This document shows, in pieces, positions 46,301-57,379 of a stretch of 64,000 nucleotides of DNA (position 1 is its first letter; the number at the start of each line of letters is the position of its first letter). The translations under genes and the position numbers were made by a program. The stretch comes from Saccostrea echinata (Eukaryota). Location of the stretch: contig NW_026889767.1 in the NCBI RefSeq assembly GCF_033153115.1, positions 2,976,001-3,040,000 on the forward strand, written 5' to 3'. The notes beneath the pieces were generated by a model. The model saw only the letters and a list, made by a program, of their open reading frames with translations, was not told the DNA's origin and made no database searches.

Positions 46301-49300
46301 CGCCTTTATATATTCAGGGGAAATGAATACAATTTTTAATATTTTTAACAGCAGTGGTTTTGATAAATGTGAATTATGGTCTTTGCATTTGTAAATATCG
46401 GGTCTCTGCTGAGTTCAGCCAAAGTGACATCGCTTACATCAGCAGTTTGTCACGTGACAGGTTTAAAATTGGACCATATATGTACTACTACAAAGATTGT
46501 AAAAGTTCAACGATATACGAGCATCTCTCCGCTATAAAATTTATTTTATTATCTTTGAGGCAAATTCCTTAACCCGAAAAGTGCTGGGAGCAACTTCCTC
46601 ATGCTCGAGAATTGTTATAAATTTAGCTGTCTTTCTATAAACTACAGACAAAAATGTAATACGCACTGGAATAATATTAGATTACAAAATAAATAAACAA
46701 TGCACAGCCAGCTCCCAGCACTTTTCAGAATAGTAGGAATAATAGCTACACGTGTTTAAAAATTCGGAATTTATAGTAAAGCGGATATCGTTGAACTTTT
46801 TGATATTTTGGAGGGGCTGGACCTGTCATTCTAGCACGTTACTGAACAAATGTGCTCCCTACGGCTTTATTTAAAGTCTACATATTATCAATTTAGTTTG
46901 ACAATAAAATGTGGATTAATATATTTCAGAATATGTCTCTCTTTTTGTCCGATTACGCATGCTTCGTATTTATTTTTATTTTTACAAGCTACGATTATCA
47001 TAAAAGCTTGATCCACGCCTCAAGTACAGAGAAACTGCGTGTCAAACTAAGAAATGACGTCATCTCATTAAGTACAGCGAGATCAAACTGGCTTTCATTC
47101 TGCATACGCTAAGTGCTATTATGGCAAGATAAGTTGCACATCCATTTATCTTTATATCATTTATGAGAAACGAAGGTATTTAGCGTGTTTTAAAAAGAAC
47201 ATATTAGTATTTATTCATGGAGATTCATTTGTGTTGTTTTAACGTGACGTCGTAATAGCTTTCCCGAACCTCTGCACAGGCTGACATGTATATGGGAGTC
47301 CTTAACCTAGCTATGAATTTTACCTAGTAATAAGTTTGAATCTAAATGGATGAAGGAACAACAAGATGCAAATAATGTAGATGCTCAAATGTCTTCATTA
47401 ATATGCCTTAATTGCTTAGTAATGGCAGAGCCTGAAAAGAGTTTAAACTTTTTTGGTTAGAAAGAAAGAGCCATTAAACTGTAAGATTGAATGTCCTGTA
47501 TAGGCAAAAAAATGCTTTGCATTCACTTTCAGCTATTGCCTACAAAATATATACATGTACAATCCCCAAATTAAGCAACGATCTCTGTTTAGCTCCTCTG
47601 AGCCAAAGGCTCAAAGAGCTAATGCTATGGCCATTTGTGTGGTGTGCGTTAACTTTTTAGAATATGGGCCGTAACTCAAGAACCCCTTGGCCAATTATTG
47701 TAAAATTTGTCACAGGGTATCCTTGGCCCAAGGGCTCCCATTTATACTACATCTAGGGCACTCTCTACCATCGGCTCATACATTCACCTCTGTCCTTGGC
47801 TTGCATTTATCACAGTGATAAGCACGAGAAATAGTGCATTTGTTCAAATTCATTATAATTATATTTATTATTAATGTTTTTCTTCTAAGGTAGATATTTA
47901 CTAAGTATATCTAGAACAATTAGTTTAATTTGAAATAATCCTTGCAATGTCATGTTTTTTACGTTATGTCAAAAATCTTGACGTGAGCCCATCGCAGAGG
48001 TGTCTGAGAATGAGATGAACAACAACTCTGCAAGGAAGAATGAAACTAGGGTTGTGACCCTTAAACAACGGGAGATGATTAGGTAAATAAAACCAAAAGT
48101 ACTGGTTGCTAAAAAATCTTCTCAAGAACCACTGGGCAGATTATCACCAAACTTACACAAAAGAATGAGGATATGTTGTAGATTGAAATTACACGGGGAT
48201 TTACTCTGGGACAAAGGGCGTTGTCTCAAGGTCACTTCAAAATTGATATTTTGCTTACTATTAGGACTAGCATCATCAAATCTTGTCAGTTGATGCATCT
48301 AAGGACCTTATATCATGTTGACTCAAAAGTAGGTCATGGTGACCTACTTTTGAAATTTTGCGACTGTTCTTTTTCAAAATCATTTAGAGCATATTTTGAA
48401 CTTTGACCTACTTTCTGAATTTTATAGCTAGTCTTTTAAACATTTAAGCCATTAATTCAAACACTGAGAGGTTTAGAATCATTGAGTCTTGTAAGATGAT
48501 GCATCTTGTGGCCATAAAACATATTATAAAAAAGTAGGTCACAGTGACTTACTTTTTGAACTTTGCAGGCATTCAATTTCAAAAGCGTTTTAGAGGCATA
48601 TTTTAGACATTTTAAGGCTTATGATCATAAAACTTTGTAAGTTGGTGCATCTTAAGTCCTCAAGAAACGTCAACTGAGAAGTAGGTCATTTTGACCTACT
48701 TTTGAAATTTTATGGCTATATTTAAATATTTTGGGTACTATTTGGCTTAGAATCATCAAACTTTGTCAGTTGGTCCATCTTGGGTCCTCGGAGTAAGTTG
48801 ACAGAAAAGTAGGTCACAGTGACCTACTTTTGAAATTTTATTGCTTTATTTAAATATTTTCTAGGTACTAATTGGGTTAAAATCACCAAACTTTTTCAGT
48901 TGATGCATCTTGCGTCCTCAGAGTTAGTGAACTGAAAAGTAGGTCACTTTGACCTATTTTTGAATTTTTATGGCTTTAAGTAAATATATCATTTACTAAT
49001 TGGCTTAGAATCATCAAACTTTGTCAGTTGATGCATCTTTGGTCCTCAGAATATGTCGACTTAAATGTATGTCACTGACCTACTTTTGGAATTTTATGGC
49101 TATATTTAAATATTTCGGGTACTAATTTGCTTAGAGTCATCAAACTTTGTTGGTTGATGCATCTTGGGTACTTGGAGTACGTCGACTAAAAAGTAGGTCA
49201 CTGTGACCCAATTAAATATTTTTTCAGGTACTAACAGGCTTAGAATCATCAAACTTTTTCAGTTGTTGCATCTTGGGTCCTCAAAGTGTGTCAACTGAAA

Positions 49301-52300
49301 AGTAGGTCACAGTGACCTACTTCTGAAATTATATGGTTATAATTAAATATTTAGGTATTAATTGGCATAGAATCATCAAACTTTGTCAGTTGTTGCATCT
49401 TGGGCCCTCGGAGAACGTCAACTGAAAAGTAGGTCAGCATGACCTTCTTTTGAAATTTGATGGCTTTATATAAATATTTCAGGTACTATTTGGCTTAGAA
49501 TGATCAAACTTAGTTGATGCATCTTGGGTCCTCAGAGAATGACAAGTGATAAGTTGGTCATCATGGCCTACTCTTAGGTACTAATTGACTTAGAATCATC
49601 TTGGGTTCTAAGAGTGTTTTATCTAATATGTAGGTCATGATGACTGACCTTTGGAATTTCAAGGCTTTAACTTAGAGGCTTCAAATAGAAGTGATAGGTT
49701 GTACAGTTTATCAGAAGAGCGATTCAAGGCCCTTGGGCCTCTTGTTACATGTTGTTTTTTGTCTGAATTTATTTTTATGAGACAAAAGCCTTGTGTTCAT
49801 TTGGGAGACATGATTTTAGGGTAGGATATCAAATGTATGATACAGTGCCTACTGTCCAATCCGACAACTGTGCAATCCAGCAAACTGGACTTTCTGACCT
49901 CATATATTTTTCCCAAAAAATTCTTTATAATTTTTATAGAATAAAGCATATTCCGACCACTGAACATTCCCAATTCCGGCACTTTTTTGTCAACGAAAGT
50001 AGATAATTACATATGATTTCCTCTGGGTAATCTGAAATAATTACATGGGTGTACCGTAATTGACCCCTGGCCAGGTAGCATGAAATTGTCCCCTTTGGTC
50101 ACAAGATTGGTCTACTTCGAGAGTAGATAATTACTTGCATGAGTTTGAAAGTGTTTATGTAAGCAATAAATGAACAGTTTTTGAATTTATGAATTAGGCA
50201 AGCAATTCTCTTTGTTGTTATCAATTTTATTCTCGCATTAACATGATAGCATCCGTGCGACAGAAAATTAAGAGTACATGATATTTCGATCGCCTTTACC
50301 TTTCAGAATAAATAAAGAGTCAGAATCATTCATAAAGCCATGTCGCAAAAAAAAACAGTACGGCGAACTACTGTATTATGTACATGTAGACAATACACGA
50401 TGTTGAAGGCAGCATCTTTTCTTATAGAAAATGTTTTATTTCCATGTTATTATACACTGAATTAAGCAAGACTGTGTACATGAAAGATTTGCCAAAAGCA
50501 AAAAATACTGCTTTTAAGTTGCCCATCAAATTTTAAAATATTATGTCTGCTGTTTTATGAAAATTCAACCACAATGTTCAAGAGTAACGTTCCATTTGTA
50601 TGAAAAGTGATGGTATTAATAGCACAGTCTATGCTGAGAAATAAACAATGGAAAAAAATCGGAAAGAAATGTGTAAAAAAAAAAATAATAATACTATGTA
50701 GAGAAGGTAGAGGAAATATTTCCTTTAATATCTACTGTCAGTAAGTAAAATGCTAAAAATTGAATTGCAACATCTCAAAGCATTCAGCACTTCCATCTGT
50801 TTTAAAAAATCATCATATATTACAACAATGCTATCACAAACGCTGTTTTTCAAAGAAACTAATCAGCTGAAGGTATATATTTAAAAACAAAGAAACACAC
50901 AATTATGCAAACACCTTGACAATTAAATACACGTGTACTTTAAACCTAATGAAGTCATCTGACTCCAGTCATAATGCTCAGAAATATTCAACACTGGCTA
51001 ATCCGACACTCTATGTAATCCGACATTGATTTTATTTCCCGCATCATGTCGGAAAAGACAGGTTTCACTGTTTTTCCAAGTGGTACTTGTATGAAAGTTG
51101 AGACAAGACTCTCTGTCAAATTACTGTACCTACCTTGAGAGTAGAATAAATTAAATACAGACCTTGACAGTAAAATCTGATATTAAACAGTACTTTCATT
51201 TACAGACAAATGCAAAATCTCATGAGAAAAATAACTCAACACTGGAAAATCTCAATGCAGAGACAGAGAATTCTATAACTGGAGCTGTATCAGGTCTACA
51301 ATCAGTGGAAGAAGAAGACCAGGATGATGTGTCAAGTAAACTGTGTGGTGAAAACAATAACACAAACAAGCAACATCTGTCTCAGAATGTGGAACACAGT
51401 GTTGAGCTTCTTGCTACCCAGCCTGAAAAAGATACCTCAGGATCATCTACCATGAATATTCCTGATTCTGAAATGAATGAGCAAGTTGAAACACATCCTG
51501 TTTTAGGAACGTCAGAAAAAGATACAAGTGCAACATCAACCTCAAATATTCCAGGGACAAATTCACATGAGAGAGATGTTAGGGCAACTACACTGGACAA
51601 ACAGTTGGAGACACAGAAGTTGTTGGCAACAGCATTCTTGCATTCACTTAATATACTTGGACCTCAGACCTCTGCTCAAGGCAGTAGCTCATTTTCTCCA
51701 CAGCTTAGCGGTTCAGCTCAGGAAATGGTTCAGAACATACTGGAACTATGTCGGGCTCCAGAGCAAAATCCTCCTATTCCAACCAAAAATCAGTTGGAGG
51801 AACCTAAGCCTGCAGAAAGTTTTTTGGCTCTGTCAGGGGTAAATACCAGTATGCTATCTCCAAAACAATCAACAATTGTATCAAGTGTTCAAAATTGTGG
51901 AGCAAATGAGACAGAAACATGTGATACTGGACTTAGGACTCCTTCACAGACCCACATGTTATCAGATTCAACATCTTTGGATGCGATTACGTCTTCCATT
52001 GCACATGAACCATGTTCAGCAATAACTTTCATGCCAGCAGCAGTGTCTGAAATATCATCATCATTCACCAATACTTATTGTATAGATGGAACAATAGGGA
52101 CAGTATCTTCTACATCTTCAAACGCCCCCAAGAAACAAACCTCAACCACTTATGGTTTTAGTACCACATCAAAGTCCAAATCAAAATTGAAGGGTAAATC
52201 TTTGTCAAATGTGCTTGAGGAGCCTGTGACTCCTAGGTATAGTACTCGTAAAAGGACCATGAATGTAATCGTACAGAAACTTGCTGAGGAGGAGAGTGAG

Positions 52301-55300
52301 TCTGACTTGAATGATGACAGCGATAATGATCCTAACTGGGAGGAAACAGAGAGGAAGAAAAAAGTAAGTGCCTCATGTGCATCTGTTCTGTGTATGAGAG
52401 AGAAAGAGAGAGACTCAGAGAGAGATAATCCCCTCGCAAAAAAATACTGTAATACATATACCTTGTATACACAGTTATTTTTGCCTCATTTAATTTTTGC
52501 CCTATTAAACTTGTTAACAATTTTGACCCTTATTAAATCACCTATAGCATATATAGGTATTGGTGGTTTTCATTTTGCCCACTTTTAAATTTGTCCACTG
52601 AGATGGGGGCAAAAGGGGCAGAAATGCTAATAGACTGGTGACAAAAATTCCTTGCATAGATTATGTACAGATTGTCTCTAAAAATAGCCTAAGATTTTAG
52701 TTTTTTTCAGGATTATTACTAAATTTTGGAATAAATAGAATGCGGTGTGTATTTTAAGATATGAGGTGGTATATAAAAAAAATTGTTTGATAAATATTTC
52801 TTAATTTTCTTTATACAGTCATCCAGTGGCCACAGAAATCCCAAAAAGGTATGGTTTAGTTTATTACTGAAAAAAGAAAATAAAAAACCATCCTCGTGTC
52901 TGCTTAAATTAATGTCAGATAAGAGAAATTTATGGCATTCTGTGTTCCAAAGCTCTCTGACTTTAACTTTTTGCCTAGGACACTGATTTCTCATCAGATT
53001 CTGATGACTTAATGGATTCAGAAAAAGATGAGGATGCTTTTGATGAAGATGATGATTATGAAGATGAAGATTCTGCACCTTCAATGGAGAAGCCTCATTC
53101 TGATGATTTCAAACGAAAAATAATCTTGTATGCTGAAAGACATGGCAACACCAAAACTGCCATTAGATTTCATATTAAAGAGGAAATGGTTTGGAATTGG
53201 AGGGAAGAAAAGGACACATTATTTTCTGTGAAAGGGTCTTCATCAAATGATGTTCTTACATCCAGGTCCCAGGTAAGCAACAACACAGAACAGTAAATTA
53301 GGCCCTCTCCTGACTGAGTGGTTAAAAATGGCTGTACCCAAAACATGTTTTAACCTTCAAGAAACATTATTTAGCTCACCTCGACGAAGTCAATATGAGC
53401 TTATGCTATACCCCCGGCGTTGGCATTAGCGTCAGCGTCCCGGTTAAAGTTTTTGGAGCAGGTCCATTCCCAAGTAACTATAAGCCCTACCTGGACCAAA
53501 CTTGCATGGGTAATGCATCTAGGGGTGGACACTACCACACTTGCTTCAGATGCTGATTCTGACCTTCATTTTCCAGATGAGTGAATTTTAGCCATACTTT
53601 AGCAAAATGAACATGGATGATGAATCTAGGGATCGACACTTCTAGACTTGCTTTGGATGCTGAATGTGACCTATATTTTCCAGATGAGTGAACAGGATAA
53701 TTTGTTTTTGGAGAAGCTCTAAAATTATATGTCCTGTTATGACTAAGCTTGTATGGATGATGCTTCTAAGGATTGACACTTCCAATCTTGCTTCAGATGT
53801 TGGAACTGACCACATTTTCTTGATTAGAGAACAAAAAAAAAGTTTTTGTAGCAGGCCCATTTCCAATTAATTGTAAGTCCTACTTAAACCAAACTTGCAT
53901 GAATATTGAATCTTGAGATTACACTAACTAGGAAAAATCAGATGTGAGATTTTCCAAGTACTGAAAGATATCATTCGTTGAGGTGAGCTTCGTAATCTTT
54001 GATTACCTATATTTGAATTTTTATGCTAATCTTTTTCAAACATTTAATGTCATGAATTCGAATACTGAGAGGTTTAGAATCATTAAATCCTGTAAGATGA
54101 AGCATCTTGGGGCCATAAAACACATTTATTAAAAAGTAGGTCATAGTGACCTACTTTTTGAACTTTGCAGGCATTCGATTTCAAAGCGTTTAGAGGCATA
54201 TTTTGGATATTTTAAGGCCTATGATCATAAATCTTTGTAAGTTTATGCATGTTGGGTCCTCGAAAAATGTCAACTGAAAAGTAGGTAACCAAAACCTACT
54301 TTTGAAATTTTATGGCTATATTTAAATATCTTTGGCACAATTTGGTTTAGAATCATCAAACTGTGTCAGTTGATGTACACATATCTTGGGTCCTCAGAGT
54401 AGGTTGACTGAAGAGTAGGTCACAGTGACCTTCTTTTCAATATATGTGACTGTAATTAAATATGTCAGTCACTAATTTGCCTAGAATCATCAAACTTTGT
54501 CAGTTGCTGTAGCTTGCTTCTTCGGAGTAAGTTGACTCTAAAGAAGGTCACCGTGACCTACTTTTGAAACTTTATGGCTTTAATTAAATATTTCAGGTAC
54601 TAATTGGCTTAGAATCATCAATTTTTCTTCAGTTGATGCATCTTGGGTCCTCGGAGTACGACAACTGAAAAGTAGGTCACCGTGACCTACTTTTGAAATT
54701 TTATGGCTGTATTTAAATATTTTCATGTTCTATTTGGCTTAGAATCATCAAAGTTTGTCAGCTGTTTTTAGAAAAGTAGTAAAAATATGCAAATGCAATT
54801 TATTACTCGGACAAAGTTTCAAACATTTTTAAGTATAATTCAAATTCCATGGTTCCCCATCACTCTGCTCTGCTTAATTCTGTCCAGCATTATTCATAAA
54901 CTTCATAAATTAGTTATATTAGTCGATGTAAAAATTTCAATTAATAGTTCATTTGACTTTATATTATTTAGAAAAATATCAAAGCCTACGAATCTGTTTT
55001 TACCACTCAAACGATGTATATTTTTACAGGGTATTACAGAAGAGGAATATGTCACTGCGGCAGTTGTAGAATACAACAAGCAGAGAATATACTTGGGAGT
55101 TATAGAGAAGGACAAGTTGACGTACTGCAAGACTTTTCTCGGAAAACTCGATGAACAATTTAGCATGTCTAATATTAATGCGAATTCATTAATACTAAAC
55201 AAGAAAGACATACAAAAATTTGGCAAAAATGAAAAACAATTTCTCATTTTGTCCTTTTCATGTCCCATTAAAGACTTAAAACTAAATATTAACCAAGAAA

Positions 55301-55359
55301 AATGTCAATACATAACTGAAGAAGTTTTGCGTTATTACCAACAGAAAAAGAAAATTTGA
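34166..55359 (+). CDS. Multi-exon nuclear protein with two psq-HTH/CENP-B-HTH (pogo/Tigger-type) modules and a Brinker-like HTH; no DDE domain seen
   Basis: Phase-consistent GT-AG exon chain: 34166-34347, 35693-35785, 36324-36382, (36895/36898-36945), 37409-37497, 38520-38834, 39226-39618, 40007-40237, 41881-42000, 43083-43355, 44817-44951, 51206-52363, 52819-52848, 52979-53272, and tentatively 55030-55359 (stop). No internal stops; about 1250 aa if all exons are used. Confidence 0.8.
34546..34693. repeat. Near-perfect 148 bp hairpin in intron 1
   Basis: Arms of about 68 bp with about 3 mismatches around the loop AAGCGAGCTA. Confidence 0.95.
34718..35494 (+). mobile_element. TRIM (miniature LTR retrotransposon) with tRNA-like LTRs
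   Basis: Direct repeats at about 34718-34850 and 35363-35494 (TGTCAC..GTGACA), each with AGCTCAGTGGTTAGAGC / GGGTTCGAGTCCC-type boxes. PBS TGGCGCCCA at 35262; PPT AAAGGGGGGGAATA immediately before the 3' LTR. Confidence 0.85.
34855..35260. mobile_element. PIF/Harbinger (Tourist)-like MITE nested in the TRIM
   Basis: TIRs GGCCAAAAAAAAATAATAGTCTTGCTTCCTGCTACC and GGTAGCAGGAAACAAGACTTTTATTTTTTTTGGCC; 3-bp TSD TTG. Confidence 0.85.
38520..38834 (+). CDS. Exon encoding a compact ~100 aa globular, possibly ubiquitin-like domain
   Basis: VP..EVKKLNEADLGNKVVNF..CPQLRVAGGFELFR..PPDGFTTSYL..CYVRP; phase 0-0 exon. Confidence 0.75.
39226..39618 (+). CDS. Exon encoding psq-type HTH + CENP-B-type HTH (module 1)
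   Basis: RNDLNFAQKMQVLDLLKQGRTQTEVARRIGCSQSVISFI..RKRLRAGKAADMEVALTNWF..IIKEQA..FNPSSGWLTRWKLRHNI matches the Tigger/CENP-B N-terminal pattern. Confidence 0.92.
43083..44951 (+). CDS. Two exons (43083-43355, 44817-44951) encoding psq-HTH + CENP-B HTH (module 2)
   Basis: KRNDLSLKDEMRVIELLDQKLSQTKIAKQLGCSQALISRI..DVDNALWAWY | ISNKMLKDQARKLADEFGISPFSASKGWLNRWKNRYNL; phase 0 junction. Confidence 0.9.
44490..44803. mobile_element. Two copies of a small mariner-like MITE in inverted orientation
   Basis: 44497-44625 is approximately the reverse complement of 44635-44760; the right copy ends CGAGATATCGAAGTTTAACTG. Confidence 0.65.
45024..45501. mobile_element. Kolobok-like MITE
   Basis: TTAA|GGTCAAGATCTAGTAAAT ... 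ATTTAGTAGATCTTGACC|TTAT. Confidence 0.8.
45510..45680. repeat. ~30 bp degenerate minisatellite
   Basis: About 6 copies of TGATCCTTTCATATGGAATAAGCAAGACT-like units. Confidence 0.75.
46283..47301. mobile_element. Kolobok-like non-autonomous element
   Basis: TTAA|GGACGCCCAT ... ATGGGAGTCC|TTAA; the flanks AGCTAGG and CCTAGCT are also inverted. Confidence 0.75.
47588..49746 (+). mobile_element. HINE/Helentron-type element carrying a ~129 bp tandem array
   Basis: 5' TTTAGCTCCTCTGAGCCAAAGGCTCAAAGAGCTAA; 3' GAAGAGCGATTCAAGGCCCTTGGGCCTCTTGTT (subTIR + hairpin); internal array about 48260-49650. Confidence 0.85.
48260..49650. repeat. ~129 bp satellite array (about 10 units)
   Basis: AGGTCA recurs at 48683, 48811, 48941, 49195, 49304 and 49431; unit AGAATCATCAAACTTTGTCAGTTGATGCATCTTGGGTCCTC..AAAAGTAGGTCACAGTGACCTACTTTT. 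Confidence 0.92.
51206..52363 (+). CDS. Large Ser/Thr-rich low-complexity exon ending in basic (NLS-like) and acidic tracts
   Basis: 1158 bp open, CAG| acceptor and |GTAAGT donor, phase 0-0. Confidence 0.88.
52979..53272 (+). CDS. Exon with acidic tract and Brinker-like (pogo-type) HTH
   Basis: HSDDFKRKIILYAERHGNTKTAIRFHIKEEMVWNWREEKDTL fits the F-K-x2-V-x2-A-x3-G-N-x2-A-x2-F-x-V-x4-V-x2-W-R pattern; TAG| acceptor and CAG|GTAAGC donor. Confidence 0.85.
53370..54012 (+). mobile_element. HINE/Helentron-type element
   Basis: 5' TTTAGCTCACCTCG..GAGCTTATG then (GGCGTT/AGCGTC)n; internal degenerate repeats; 3' GAGGTGAGCT plus hairpin GTAATCTTTGATTAC. Confidence 0.8.
54013..54770. repeat. Second array of the ~129 bp satellite
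   Basis: Collinear with about 48415-49300, including its longer variant units. Confidence 0.9.
55030..55359 (+). CDS. Candidate terminal exon (unrecognised ~109 aa domain)
   Basis: TTTTTACAG| acceptor in phase 0, compatible with the 53272 donor, and open to TGA. No family recognised. Confidence 0.5.
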   Translation, partial: GITEEEYVTAAVVEYNKQRIYLGVIEKDKLTYCKTFLGKLDEQFSMSNINANSLILNKKDIQKFGKNEKQFLILSFSCPIKDLKLNINQEKCQYITEEVLRYYQQKKKI

Positions 55360-55675
55360 AATGAAAATTGTTCACTTTTGATAAATTATATGGAAAGAAG
55401 TATAAAATTTATTGCTAATATTTGATGTGGAATCAACCATTGTATCTGTAAGTTGATTTTTTTTCCCATAATTAATTTCTTTTGACCACTTTTTACATTA
55501 ACCAATTGTTAAACATGGTCTTGTTGAAATATGTGGTATATGCCAAGAATGTTTACATGTGAAATAGAGTTATTAAAACAGAGTTTTTTTATTCTGTTTT
55601 TTGAGAAATCTGTGAGGGAAAAACCCGAGGGTATGTTCTTCCTTAACAAGCAATTGTTCAGATTTGCCCTTTTTC

Positions 55676-56080
55676 AATATGCCCGTCTGTAACAGGACAT
55701 ATAAGGTACAGCGGTCATGTCCGTCATTCTGTCTGTCTGTTAGCTTTTTTGTGTGCAGCTAGTAACTTTAATACTGTTGATGTTATTATAAACATAATGA
55801 TTATAATTAGTATTTTGATGTTTTACTAGGCAGTGGCATTGTTCATCTTAGACTTTTGTAAACAATAACAATAAACAAAATTGCAGATTGGGTCTTTGTG
55901 ACATGACAACTTGAATTTTTTTTTTAAATACTGTTTGTTTAGTAACTACAGCTTTTTTTTAAAAATGAAAAAAGAAACTTAAATCTTTATACCAATGTTG
56001 ATATGAAAACATGTAAACTATCTATTAATGATAAGTGAGCAATATCTGACAGCCGTATCGTTTGCTGTGGCTATGTACTT
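55676..56080 (+). mobile_element. Degenerate HINE-type element
   Basis: ATATGCCCGTC.. followed by GTCCGTC/TCTGTCTGTCTG microsatellite; GACAGCCGTAT near the 3' end. Confidence 0.4.
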
Positions 56081-56215
56081 TATTACTTTTACCTTAAATT
56101 TTCTTCAACTAATTATTAAGACCATGATATTAACTTGCATATTAGTTAAACCTTCACAAGTAAATGTTAAGACATACATATAATATTTTTTTTTTAATTT
56201 TAGCACGTTTTCAGG

Positions 56216-57369
56216 TTATTAGGGCCCCGCAAGGATTTGCGGGTGCCCTATAGTAATCACTCTGTCTGTCTGTCCGTCTGTCCATCTGACTGTCCGTCTG
56301 TCATTCTTCCGTCCACAAATTTTCTGTTTTTTCTAATAACTTTTTTTAGGGTTGACCAATTAAGTTCAAATTTGGTATGTTGGTTGAATAGGCAGTAAGA
56401 CATATTTTGATGCTAAGTTTGGTTCTCTATGTCATCCGGTTTTGAGCTGGGGTGGTGGGGTATATTCCTTAACTTTATATAAGAGTGAATGGGCAAAGAG
56501 AGATAACTGCTGAGAATGTTCCTATTGTAAACTATGAAAGGCTGCAATGAGTCTCTTGGGATTAATAAACTTTCCTCTGGAAGAAAATCCAAAGCATTTA
56601 TCTTTATCTGCCACATTGAGATTAATTAACACCTCTGTATGCAAATGAAGTTTGTTTTGAAGTTAAGATCAATTCTGAATAATGTTTACATTCTCTGAAA
56701 TGTGGATTTAAATAATGTTCATACTTTATTTTGTTAAAATACACAATGAGTTATGATTTTATTGAATTCTAAAAACAAGATATAGGTGAAGATATCGTTT
56801 TAATTATTATTTTCTTTTTTCTTTTCTTTTTTTCTGCCTTATGTAAATTCAAGAATACTAATTATTTTAACAGGTATTCAGATAATAACCTCACTCTATC
56901 ATTGCTGAAAAAGTTCTTATTGTAAACTTAGAAGAAAGGGTTGAGAGAGCAGTATAATTAATCCTGTGGGTTTGATTATCTTGCTGGTTTGCAGAAAATT
57001 TTAGAGGGTTATCTTTCTGTCACTTTAAGATTAATTAACACCTTTGTCTGCAACTGATATTTGTTTTGAAGTTAAGGTCAAGCCTAGGTGATATTTGCAT
57101 TCACTGAAGGCTGGCATTTTAGAAAACACATGCTTCATTCATTTTTAAATATACATTTAATTGAGTTATTATAGATATGATGTTTTTTACTGCCTTATGT
57201 AAATACAAGGATACTATTTACAGATTGTTGGATAATTAGCAGTTGCTGTTGCTTATTCTTTATATATTTTGAAATTTTTTGGAATCAAGTAAAATTCTCA
57301 TCCCCTAATCTGCACCCTTATATTTCTACCCCTTGGCGGGGCCCTTGCTGACTGGTCAGATTTCTAGTT
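56216..57369 (+). mobile_element. HINE/Helentron-type element
   Basis: 5' TTATTAGGGCCCCGCAAGGATTTGCGGGTGCCCTATAG plus (GTCT/GTCC)n; internal ~380 bp duplication; 3' GCGGGGCCCT, hairpin CTGACTGGTCAG, then TTTCTAGTT. Confidence 0.85.
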
Positions 57370-57379
57370 GTTTTTTATA

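Noticed and set aside
48260-49650. CRISPR-like array (palindromic repeat at regular spacing)
   Set aside because: The intervening sequences are homologous to each other rather than unique spacers; eukaryotic context and no cas genes.
38516-53084. Minus-strand or alternate-frame ORFs 38516, 39900, 51382, 51528, 51889, 52332 and 52719
   Set aside because: They overlap real plus-strand exons and have no independent support.
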